Source: Wallemia ichthyophaga EXF-994
Taxonomy: Eukaryota > Fungi > Basidiomycota
DNA length: 32,000 bases
Reading direction: 5' to 3'
Assembly: GCF_000400465.1 (NCBI RefSeq)
Contig: NW_008806281.1
Coordinates: 210,001 to 242,000 of the forward strand
Shown: piece after piece, positions 10,732 through 21,571 of the stretch
How positions within the stretch are numbered: position 1 is the first letter of the stretch
How the letters are laid out: each line of letters opens with the position of its first letter
Position numbers and translations under genes: made by a program
Notes under the pieces: model-generated
Told to the model about the DNA's origin: nothing
Database searches by the model: none
What the model saw: only the letters and a program-made list of their open reading frames with translations

Positions 10732-11976
10732 ATGCAACAGCCACCTCAGCGTAGAATATTTACAGAGAACGATTTACACCTGTGGTGCACATCGAAGGCA
10801 TACACTGGATTGACTGCGTTTATTGTCGAGCTCAATGAAGCTGTGGTGGATAAGTCCATGGATTTGGACAGCACTGGGAAATCAGAACTAGATTCAGAAT
10901 CAGATAGCCCGATTAACAACCTACTCTCCCTCATCCAAACTACCGATAGCTGGATCGATGACATAACTCCAGTTGACAGCCCACAGCGATTCGGTAATAC
11001 GGCTTTCAGGGACTGGGGAAGGAGGTTGGAAGAGGTGAGTGTATGTATTTAATACTTAATAATCTAATTGTACCATCCACCACCAAAGAACGCAGCTCAA
11101 ATGTTAACTCCGCTACTTCCAAACAATAACCACACAGACGCACTAAACCAGATAACGCCCACCCTCCTAAATGCTTTCGGGTCTTTTGTCCGAATAGACT
11201 ATGGTACCGGCCACGAGTTATCATTCATCGTCGTCCTATACATGCTGAGACAAATCGGAGTGCTGAACTCGACGCACAACTATGAGCTAATCGCCAAAGT
11301 ATTTGTCAACTACTGGAAAACAGTAACACGTCTTCAAATCACCTACAAACTTGAACCAGCAGGCAGCCACGGCGTGTGGGGATTAGACGACTACTGTTTC
11401 ATGCCCTACATCTTCGGTTCGGCGCAGATAAGGAGCACTGACACGCCACCTTCCCGTCTCTTCCACCAGACAGACGCTTTCCCTGATACACACACCAATC
11501 TTTACGCCCGCGCTGTGTCCAATATACACCAATTCAAGAGCGGTCCGTGGCACGAACACTCGCCGCAGCTCTACAGCATCGCTCACACCGTCCCTAATTG
11601 GTTTAAAGTCAACAAAGGTTTATTTAAAATGTTCGATGCGGAGGTGTTGAAGAAGAGGGTCGTTGTCCAGCATTTGCTCTTCAGCTATCTCTTCCCTTTC
11701 GATAGTGATCCTGCGGCACAGCAAATCGATCACGGTGGGCTGCCTCTGTCGAGTGGGAGTGGTACTGGCACTAGCACTGGTATATCTACCGCTAGATTGC
11801 AGCACCAGCAAAATCACCAAACTCACAACCCTACACCCCGCTCACCTCACTCTGATACCCTCCTCCCTCCTCTTCTGTCGAGGAGCGAGAGGAAGAAACA
11901 GAAGGATACACTCGCTTCTTCCGGTTCTGCTGCTGCTTCTACGTCTCCATTCGGGGTGTTATCGAAACCATCTTGA
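10732..11976 (+). CDS. RRD1: PP2A phosphatase activator (PTPA family, Rrd1/Ypa1-like), ~396 aa; exons 10732-11034 and 11089-11976
   Basis: RFGNTAFRDW, FGSFVRIDYGTGHELSF, LEPAGSHGVWGLDDY, and a low-complexity C-terminal tail. Intron 11035-11088 uses an AAG acceptor. RRD1 rather than RRD2 is a judgement from the C-terminal region. Confidence 0.85.
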
Positions 11977-12219
11977 TACTGTACTTTTATCCATGTTCGC
12001 TCGTCTTTATGCTTTACAAGATTATGTCACTTGAGTCATTTATCTAAGTCTACGTCATTTCGCACTTATAAGGATAATTTCTAATTTTACAAGGACATAG
12101 AATGGTAACCGCAATACTTGTCCATCCGAAAAGGAAAGGGAAGATGCGTTGGTATTTAATAGCTCCACGTGAATTCCCGCGAAACAGTCAATTGGTGTTA
12201 ATGTGATGTTCTTCTGATA

Positions 12220-12847
12220 TTACTGCTTCTGCTTCTGCTGCTGCTGCTGCTGCTGCTCTTGCATTTTCTCCTTCAAGGCTATCAAATCGTCGCGCTCATC
12301 GAGGTACCTCTGACAAGCATCCTTGAGTGACGCTGTACCAGTATCGATAGCATCCCAATTATCACGCAGCGAGGATATTTCGTCTTCTAACAAGCTCACT
12401 TTATTCAAAATATCTTCATGTACTTGCAACTCGCTGTTTAGTTTCTGTAGATGATTCTGATACTTTGATTCGTGTTCATTATCGATAGACTTCTCAATCT
12501 GCTCAAACCATTCGAGGTATTGCTGTGGAGTAGTGATGATTTCATTCTGCGTCTGATTATGCTCATTCTGAGGCGTGCCAGGTACTTCAAAGGGAGTGTT
12601 CAGATTTGGTGTTGCGCTTTTACTGATTTGCGATTTGTTCAGCTGACAAAGTAAACTAAGCAAATACTCTCCAACAAATCCCCACACTCACGCTTAGCTT
12701 TATCGGCAACGGTCGCTCGTATTCCGCACTGGCATTGGATAACACACTTAGGCTTTTGTTGGCTGTCGTGCTCAGCGGTGACTTGGATTCCCAAGCGTCG
12801 AGCGTCAGTGTGAGCGTCTTTGATGGTTTTTGCGTCGATTGCATCAT
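12220..12847 (-). CDS. COG3: COG3/Sec34 N-terminal region only (~192 aa, or ~210 aa from the ATG at 12901), ending in poly-Q; exons 12692-12847 and 12220-12642
   Basis: TLDAWESKSPLS..SLSVL..RPLP, ITTPQQYLEWFEQIE, KYQNHLQKL and IDTGTASLKDACQRYLDERDDL resemble the fungal Cog3 N-terminus and the start of the Sec34 domain. Intron 12643-12691 (GTGAGT..CAG), phase 0. Confidence 0.72.
12235..12255 (-). repeat. (CAG)7 microsatellite encoding poly-Gln near the COG3-like stop codon
   Basis: Read directly from the sequence. Confidence 0.9.
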
Positions 12848-12927
12848 CGCTGGACGGTTGTTGAACGTTGGCTGGTGAGTGGCTAAATTGAGGTACAGCA
12901 TCAATTTGCACACTCATCACAGTTAAT

Positions 12928-14503
12928 ATGGTGGTGAATGCATTCTTGCTGCTCCAATTGCTCGGCATAGCTTTCGCCTTCAACTCAACCTCAAACTCAC
13001 TCACCTACCAACAGCGCACGGCTATAGCACCAAATGGAGTCAACGTTGCGTTCAACTCACCTGGAAACAACACTCAATACACTCCATCTGTTTACTACAG
13101 TACAAATGCTACAAATATCACAGAAAATGCCTCTGGGGAGAGTTTAATGTATAACACTGCTCTTTCCACTACGCATAAAGTGGGTCTCAGAAACCTGACG
13201 TCAGACTGCACATATTACTACCAAACATGTCTAAACGTCGATGGCGAGTGCGCGCGTTCAGAGGTGCTTTCTTTCAAATCGGCAGTCTCGCCTGGATTGA
13301 CTGGAGAAGAGTTCAAATTTGCTGTCTTAGGTGACATGGGTGTGATGGGACCGCTTGGTGGGTGCAGCAGATGTAGCAAGTGTAACAAGGTCAATCCTCT
13401 AACACGCACCCAGGTCTATCCACAGAAGCACCCTCTAAAGTCGACGATTTCGCTCGACTTGACCAAGGAGAGCGCTCAACGATGAAGGCTCTCATAGAAA
13501 ATAAAGACAAGTATCAACTCATCATACACAACGGGGACCACGCCTATGCCGACGATGTAGGCAAGGTGAGTGGAACGTATGTGTAAAATTTGCACCTCAG
13601 ACCAGCTCGCGACAGGAAATTACCGATGGATACATCTCAAATGCCCTTAATGACTCGCTTCTTGAGCAGATGAGTGAGACATACGAGCTCATTCTCGAGA
13701 TTTACTTCAACCAGACATCGCAGTTCGCTAGAAGCACTCCTTACATGGTAGGCCCGGGGAACCACGAGCAGCTGTTGACGGAAGGTCATAACTACACAGA
13801 TCCATGGACCAACGAACCTATCCTAGTTGACGACATTCCTAACGGACAGCGCAACTTTACTTTTTACAACAACCGCTTCTTTATGCCCTGTGAGAGTGGA
13901 GAATTGTGCAATTTCTGGTGGAGTGTCGAGGCAGGTCCAATGAAATTCATCCAACTCAACACGGAAACCGACCTGAAAGCTGGCATACCTCCAGTGGATA
14001 TCACACAAGATCCAGAGCAAAATAACCTCGCTGAACCTAATGCTCAAATTGAATTTTTGGAGAAGGAGCTCAACAGTACCGACAGATCAATCACGCCGTG
14101 GTTGATAGTAGGCGGACATAGACCGTGGTATGGCACATCGCCAGACTGTCCCGGATGTAAGGAATCTTTCGAAGAGCTGCTGGTCAAGTATGATGTGGAT
14201 CTCGTCATGCACGGCCATGTACATCTCTACGAGCGTTTGGCTCCTATCTCAAATGGGACAGTCGATAAAAAGGGTCTTGACAATCCAACTTCCCCTTGGT
14301 ATATAATCAATGGCGCGGCTGGCCATTACGATGGATTGGACGATATGCCAGAGGATGTTTCACCACAGTCTAGAAACATTATTCAGGGCGAATTTGGATA
14401 TGATGAGATCACGATTCATAATCGTACCCATCTCACACATTCATTCATCGTTTCGAAGAATGACACCCTTCTCGACACGCAAACCCTTTACAAATCACAT
14501 TAG
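12928..14503 (+). CDS. Secreted purple acid phosphatase-family metallophosphoesterase (~489 aa); exons 12928-13357, 13414-13565 and 13616-14503
   Basis: Signal peptide (LLLQLLGIAFA), an FN3-like N-domain, and all five PAP metal motifs: GDMG, GDHAY, GNHE, VGGH, GHVH. Introns 13358-13413 and 13566-13615. Confidence 0.92.
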
Positions 14504-14801
14504 ATTGCTAAAGTATCATGGATTAAGATTTTCACCTGTTTCTTACTTTTATCTCTTTTGTAAATGTACCTTAATCTACACACAAACGCGAATCATAAAC
14601 AAAGGTGAATCCAATAGTAGATAACAAAGAATTAAGTAGACTGAGCAATTAAATAGTGAGTTGTGTCAACGGGTATGAGAAAGTGGATGTACAGATGTTG
14701 AGTGCTACGATGTCGTAAGTGTATTAAAAAGTAGTGTAAGCTCGGCCATCTCTTTCTTGCGGATTCGAGTTAATATAAATAGAGTAGTGTAGTGTAGTTA
14801 G

Positions 14802-14826
14802 TATATATATATATATATATATATAT
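14802..14826. repeat. (TA)12 microsatellite, preceded by (TAGTG)x3, in the convergent PAP/RGD1 intergenic region
   Basis: Read directly from the sequence. Confidence 0.9.
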
Positions 14827-14890
14827 GGATGTGAAATTGCTCATTAGGTATTCGCATACCATTAATTAATCGCCTTTACTATATCTGATC

Positions 14891-16937
14891 CTACTGCTGT
14901 TCCTCTTCAACAAAGATAGCAGCGTAATTCTCGAGAATAGTTTCAATTGCCTTGCACTGGTATTGCATATCAGCCAAAGCAGTGCCCTTGGCCTGTTCCT
15001 CTGGAGGTGGATTGAGAAGAGTAGGCCCAAAGACAATAGCAAGGTTAGATGTATGCATCGAGTTGATCTCATGCAGGTCCTTAACTTTATCCAAATGACC
15101 CATCAGATATTTGAGAGTGGAGTAGTTGCAATCCGGGAGTTGGTTGACCGTCTCATGCAGCTTGATGTGCCTCAGCCTGTCGTTCTCCACCTTGGCGGCT
15201 TCGACGAATTGTGCGTAAAGTTGATACGTCAGAAGAGGCTCAGGAAGCTCCCTGAACCACTGCTTAACAACACTCGCAACTACGTTAATATCCATAGCTT
15301 CTTCCTCTTGGAAGAGGTCTATGCCACCCACATCCTGGTCAATCTTTGCCTTGAGTGATTGGACTTTTGATGTTGTACCAGACAACCTGTATATACCCTG
15401 GCTGTCTAATCCTTGAGCTTCGATGATGTTGCTACATTTATCGACAATTAGAGGTATCTCTACATCATCTCTCACCATCTGCTCCGTCAAATCGACACCA
15501 AATGTCTTTCTAGATGAAAATGAAGGCAGCGAGGCGGTAGCAGCTTTCGGTGTTTGATTTTGAGAGTGTGATGCTGTTGGTATGCGGGCGTAAGATTGTG
15601 AAGGAGAGAATGACTTTGCTTGACTTTCGTAATCGGGACCATGCTTGGCAGGACCGGTTGTTTTTGGTTGAGAAATGGAATAGTTCTGCATGAAAGTCTT
15701 GAAGTCTTTCTGGTTGTCGATACCTTCAACCAAGGCTCTTAAACCGGGACCGTCTTCTTTTGCTAGAGGAGTGACAGTGACACCTTCGTTGAGGAGGGAG
15801 TTCTCTAATAAGAAAGCATAGCGTTCCAAATGATATTGAACACCTAAGTCAATCTCGTCGGAGCATTCCTTTAATGTTCTCACTATACGTGGCATGTAGA
15901 TCTCCCAATACTCTGAACGCAGACTAGAACTCTCCTGGGCATGTCGTTTGAAAGAATCGCTAGCTTGGGAGATTCTGTTGCGGATATCCTCCTCTTGCTT
16001 GAGTATGTGTGCAGGGTTACGACCTCTAAAGAAACCAGCACCTTTCCGCATTTTAGAGAAGCCACCTTTCTTATCGCTGTGTACAGAGGATTGAGAAGAG
16101 CCAGCATTTGCATTTGCGGCACGTGATATAGAACCCTCTTTAAGACTTTCGCCTTCTTTAATGATGAGAACGCGTTCTAATTCTTCAGCTACAGCGTCGA
16201 AACGGTGTTTGCTCTGGAATATGATGTGAGCGGAAGATTAAATTTAGAAAGGAACAAACTTTTTCGGTATTAGCTTCAGCTTCTTGTAGAAATTTTTCGT
16301 GTTTGTTTCCATAATCTTTTGCGTGCTTACGGCTTTTATCAACTTGTCTGTGAAGTTGAGATAGTTCATCTGAGATTTCATTGAGACGTGTAGCTAATCT
16401 AAGCTTGCCTTCACCGATAGACTCATGTAAGCGCATAATCGAGTGAAAAGAGTTGACAAATGAACCAGCTTTTGCCTCAGTTGAGCTATAAATTTCTGAC
16501 GTGGATTTACCAAGTTTAATCAATTGATTTCCATAGTCCTCTTCGATTTTGGACTTTCTTTTAAGGAAAGTGGAAGATTCTTTGCAGCTAATCATTGATT
16601 GCTTTATGCGTTCGAGGATAAGTGGAATCCCACATTCCAATTCACAAAGAGAGTTGTAAACGTTGTCATCGAAGCTTGTGGGTACTATATCACCTGGGAA
16701 TGTATTTCCATGCACCCCGCCAACACCGTTGAATGGTTCTTCGATTGATTCACTCAGTGGTGTTGGTGGTGTACCTAGAGAAGCGCCATCTGGGAGACTT
16801 GGGAGGGTGTGATTGATGTTTGGGTGTGTGGGTGTATGTGTCTGTGCCTGCGTCTCTGTCTGTGCCCTTGTCTGCGGCTGTGTCTCCGTGTGCAATTCCC
16901 CCGGCGTCTCCCGCTGCGGCTGTAAAGGGTTTTCCAT
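14891..16937 (-). CDS. RGD1: F-BAR plus RhoGAP protein (Rgd1-like), ~666 aa; exons 16260-16937 and 14891-16213
   Basis: FCH/F-BAR region (LERIKQSMISCKESSTFLKRKSKIEEDYG). RhoGAP domain FGVDL..IPLIVDKC..GLDSQGIYRLSG (arginine finger), VKQWFRELPEPL and NSMHTSNLAIVFGPTL. Intron 16214-16259. Confidence 0.88.
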
Positions 16938-17022
16938 TGCTTATTAGATGATGTTTATTAGATGATGGCTGTTACAAATCAAGGAGGGTTTGGCCAGGTT
17001 CAACACCAACGACCACCAACCA

Positions 17023-19298
17023 ATGGAAATAAAATTAAAGCCATTTGGTATAAAATCTGGAGAAATAGACAAATTTAAATTATCCAATAGATTTATTTCT
17101 AATAATCAAAGTACAAATAATGAGATTATTTTAAATATCAACTCGTTTGAGCGTCTTAACCAGCTTGAGCATGATAGATTGATCTATTTCGCGTGTCATG
17201 ACCCACTTGACCAACAAAATAGATCCCTTATTCACGCTGTTTATCCTATTTTCACTTCCTTACAACGCATACAAGATTTAAACCAATCAAATCTATCAAC
17301 TTACTCAAGATTTTCATCTTTATTCAAATCCACCTTGAACCAGCACTTGGATCATTGCAGTCCAACCAATCTACTCCACTCAGCTAATGTTTACGCTATT
17401 TGGTCCTTCTCTCATCTCCTCTATTTCCCTATCGATGGTCGTGGTGAAGGCATCGTCGCAGAAGAAATTCTAGATTGGATAAACACTATCGATATAGCTC
17501 CCACAACCGAAGAAGGCTTGGAGATTACCTCTTCAAATACCCCTCACCTTCATCACAACTTCTGGCCTTACATTTACAAATCCATTATTAGAGGTTTCCA
17601 TAAAACTGCAACACAGCCCCTTCACTCTTTACTCTCTCACCCAACTAAATCCATCAGCTCCACCGCTGAACGTCTCATTTCCCTTTTATACACCTTCCCT
17701 CGCTCGACCACCTACCAATTCGAACTTGATTACTTGGCTGCACATAGATCTTGGAGAGATGAAGCTAAACGAAGCTTATCTAGTATCGCCGATTTGTCTC
17801 AATATGCTGACGAATTTACAAAATACGTCTTTGATGACATCACCCTAGCTCTTCAACTTCTCTGTGGAAAGAAGGACAAAATCTTCCAAGTTGCAGACGA
17901 TTGGAGGGAGTGCCTCGCTGCTTTCGGCTTGTTTGTCGTTCCTTCCCTCCGCCGTGACGATATCCCGAGCGTTATTGATGAAATTTTCAACCAACTCCCC
18001 CTCGACACCACTCTCCCCGATCAGTGTATAGAAGCTGCTCTTGCTACTGCCGACACCACTAAAGTGAGTTGCATTATTTAATTGCGGCAAACCTAATCAA
18101 ATTAACCAGGCCATCACTTTATCCAACGAATTCGATCCATGGCTTGTTGCACACTTGACTGATCTGCTCGACAAAATTGGCGCTGTCGATCACGATCCAC
18201 AGTGAGTGTTTGTCTACCCTCCAAATCGTCTAACCCGTGTTGTAGATTCCCACTATCTCTCAGACAGCACTTCCTACTTCAATACGCAGATAAACTCGCA
18301 TCGGACCCTGGACTATGGACTATAACACTCGACTACTACGCCCAATGTGGAGTCGAAGGCGCAAGTCGAGTGAGAGCGTTGATAGTGCGTGTACCTCTCC
18401 AGCTCGATGCGCGCAGCGATCGCGACAACAAGATGGACGCTGACAATGTCTTTGATATTTCAACCGACTTGCCCAACTTAACGAGAGTAGAGGAGATACT
18501 GTCCATCTGCCAAGAGTACGCTCTCGAAGAAGAAGCGTCGGAGGTTTGCAGGAACACGGCTGAGCAGTTGCTCGACAGAGGGTTCTATGGGCTCGCCGTA
18601 GCTTTCTGCATCAGAGCGAAAGAGGCGCGCAAGCTCGGTCGTATCACTGACCTCATCCTCGAGGAATACATCACTCATGGCCAGACAGTCTTCAGCAATC
18701 TCGTCAACACTATCCCGACATCCCTCCTCAACGTGACGACGTCGTCTGCTGGTGGAATTGCCGATGGTGGAGATAGTGGCGATATGGGCAGCTTGGAAAT
18801 AGAGAATGATGGCACTCAGGATGCTTCGGCTCGCGCTCTAGCCAGAGATCCTGCCGTTTCATCGCGATTGGCTTTCCTAGCGCGCTACAAAGAGTTCCAT
18901 AGTCACCTGAAAACTAATAATAGAGAAAACGCGGCTGTTTTACTTGTTGAGATGCTTTCCACTGAGATGGCTCCAAGACGTTTCTGGAGTGTTTTGTTGG
19001 CTGACGCACTCCCACTGCTAGAATGTGAGTTATTTCCCTCCTTCTCATCACAATTTGGCTCACATCTGCAGACTCTGAAATACTCTTCACTACGGAAGAA
19101 GCGTATGAGTTATTGAGGATATTGGAGGACGTGCATACTGGCGTGCGCGCTAACAGCGAGAGAGAATATTTAGATCCATTGGCTCGTCTGCTTGCTAAAG
19201 ATGGCACACCATCGTACCATCGCGCATTATCTGAGTTGGAAGTCGTTAGGCTAGCACTGGCGAGATACATAGCCAAATGCTGTGTATTGGTTGAATAG
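17023..19298 (+). CDS. NUP85: Nucleoporin Nup85 (Y-complex), ~712 aa; exons 17023-18063, 18110-18201, 18246-19024 and 19072-19298
   Basis: EEILDWINTIDIAP, FWPYIYKSIIRG, FDPWLVAHLTDLLDK, SLRQHFLLQYA..LWTITLDY, APRRFWSVLLADALPLLE and LEVVRLALARY. Three GTGAGT introns restore the frame. Confidence 0.88.
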
Positions 19299-19425
19299 AA
19301 TGTAATATATTATTTATAACTCGTTTAGCTTGTTTGCTGGAAATATTGTTACAATGCTTGTTGCTCAGTGGTAATAATGATAAAATGCCCTTGCTACTTT
19401 AGTTTATTTTAGTTAAATTGTCGAC

Positions 19426-21372
19426 TTAGACATTCTCAAGTGTCTTGTGCCATTCTATAACTCGTCTATGAGCCATAACCTTGTCAGGCTTGAAACCTAG
19501 TATCTGTAGTCCATCCAACGAGGTAGCACGAGAGATAGCGACGTAACATTGACCTCTTTCGAAAATAGATGACAAATCGACTTTGACTCTCTCGAGCGTC
19601 TGACCTTGTGATTTGTGTATCGACATTGACCAAGCCAAGATGAGCGGAACTTGATTTCTACTTGCTTCAATCTTTCCATTAACGCCCTCTGTTCTCCATA
19701 CATCTGGAACACACAGCAATTCTCTGTATCCGCCATTTGGGAGCAAGAAGTGTACAAGAGGGTAAGCAGTTCCTTGATCTTTTTTTGTTGGCTGTCCACT
19801 GACTTGGGGATCCCCTTTCCTTGCGCCCAAAGCAGCTGAACGAGCTTTATGCACGCTATCATCGTACTCTTCATCCTCCTCTAATCTTTTACTTGCTTCA
19901 CCACGCGTGTATCTTACAGCATCAATAAAATCTATGACCCTTCCTAGTGAGCCATTCACTAACGTTTCGTCAATGTTCTTAATTAGCATTACTTGACAAC
20001 CGAGTTTGATATGCAGCTGTTTCGGTGCCATGAAGTTGGACAAGACCTTGTCACGCTGATCGACAGGCAGCTCGCCCGAGTCTAATGCACTGAATGTTTT
20101 TGTTTCACCTTCAAGTTGATTCATTCTGCCATTGTTCGATTGATCGACTTGCTGACGCAGCGGGTAGAGCTCAGTCGGCTGAATTTGATCAGCAAATACC
20201 AGTGGTCTTGAAAGACTCTTGAATATTCTAATCGAGTTGTCTGAAAGCTTCCCGAAACGCATCTCGTTAAGCATATTGATGAACGTCTCATCTCTCTGAC
20301 GGAACACTTGGCGGAGGTTGATTGTATGTGCAATGACACGCGTCCAGGATTCAGCGTCAAAGCAGAAATTTGGTGCTGAACCTTTACTAACGGGTGGAAG
20401 TTGAAAGAAATCACCACAAACGACAATCTGAATATTTCCGAAAGGTTCAGGACGTTTACGGATGTTCCTTGCTAACCCTTCAAGCTTGTCGAATAGTTCA
20501 CCATCAACCATGGATACTTGAAATTTGTGAGTAAATGGAGTCACATTGTGAAAAAACCTCCACACACCTTCATCAATGATGAGTACCTTAACTCTAGTCC
20601 ACCGTTTCAATGCTTTTGGGTTACGTTTGACTTTCTGCGTGAGAGCGTTGACGTTCTCATTACACAAACCACATCCTGTGAAGGAATGCAGAGTTGTACC
20701 ACCGATGTTACACGCCGCAATACCAGTGGAAGCAGTAACAGCAACGCTTTCGGGGCCCTTTTTGAATTTCTTGCGCAGACTGGTTATAATTTCTCTGAGA
20801 AGGACGGATTTACCAGTACCTGCGGAACCGGTGAAGAAGACATTTTTAGATTCATCGACGACCATCTGCAAGACTTTCTGCTGTTCATTGGAGAGTCTAA
20901 GTTTGCGCTGTACGAGGGGTGCGGGAGTCGCAGATGAAGTTGGGTTGTTAACTTTAGCCACGTCTGGAGGGGGTTGATTGAATGATTTGGGATCATTGCT
21001 GTCCTTAGACTCCTTCGAAACCTTTGCATCCCTAGCGTCCCTACCATCCAGATCAGAATCGTTGAGTACAAAAGATCTCTTTTCTTGAATCGGCTTGAGC
21101 TTCTTTGGAGCGTGTTCTTGAGTCGGCGCGGATAACGCTGAACCAGTGGATGCATTGGAGAGTGCTGCCATTATAGCAGCACGTCGACGAGCAGCGCCGT
21201 CCGTAGCATTCTTTTGAGGCGCTGGCTTTTCTTCTTTTGAATCGTGATTGGCGTCGTCCCAGGAGCGCTTGAAGGACTGGAAACAAGGAAATTAGAAAGG
21301 ATTTGAGTGGATTACTGGCCATCTCACGTTCAGCTTCGAATCCGTGTTGGTTGCTTTGAGTGGGCCGCCCAT
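19426..21372 (-). CDS. PIF1: Pif1-family 5'-3' DNA helicase, ~614 aa from the ATG at 21372; exons 21328-21372, 20568-21276 and 19426-20516
   Basis: FFTGSAGTGKS, TASTGIAA..GGTTLHSF, IIDE|VSMVD, CGDFFQLPPV, VFRQRD, QVPLILAWSMSIHKSQGQTL and GQCYVAISRA. Introns 21277-21327 and 20517-20567. The true start is uncertain. Confidence 0.95.
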
Positions 21373-21494
21373 AACGATGACACAATGATGGACGTATGCA
21401 AGCACAGCACGAGTAAGATAAGACAAGGGAAAAATAAATGTAAAAGTAAAAAGCATCTTCAGAGGTTTTAAACATGGAAAAGGTATACCATTCA

Positions 21495-21571
21495 TTGCTC
21501 ATATTGCTCATATTGCTCATATTGCTCATATTACTCCTCTTGCTTATAATGCAGATATTACTCCTCTTGCT
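21495..21571. repeat. (TTGCTCATA)x4 tandem repeat (21495-21530) plus a 17-nt direct repeat (21528-21544 and 21555-21571)
   Basis: Read directly from the sequence. Confidence 0.85.

Noticed and set aside
12055-12219. Stop-codon readthrough or an extra exon restoring COG3
   Set aside because: The 54 open codons show no convincing Sec34 similarity, and the space cannot hold the ~600 missing residues.
21495-21530. Short repeat arrays (also 10408-10443) as CRISPR-like
   Set aside because: They are contiguous 9-mers without spacers in a eukaryotic context; ordinary minisatellites.
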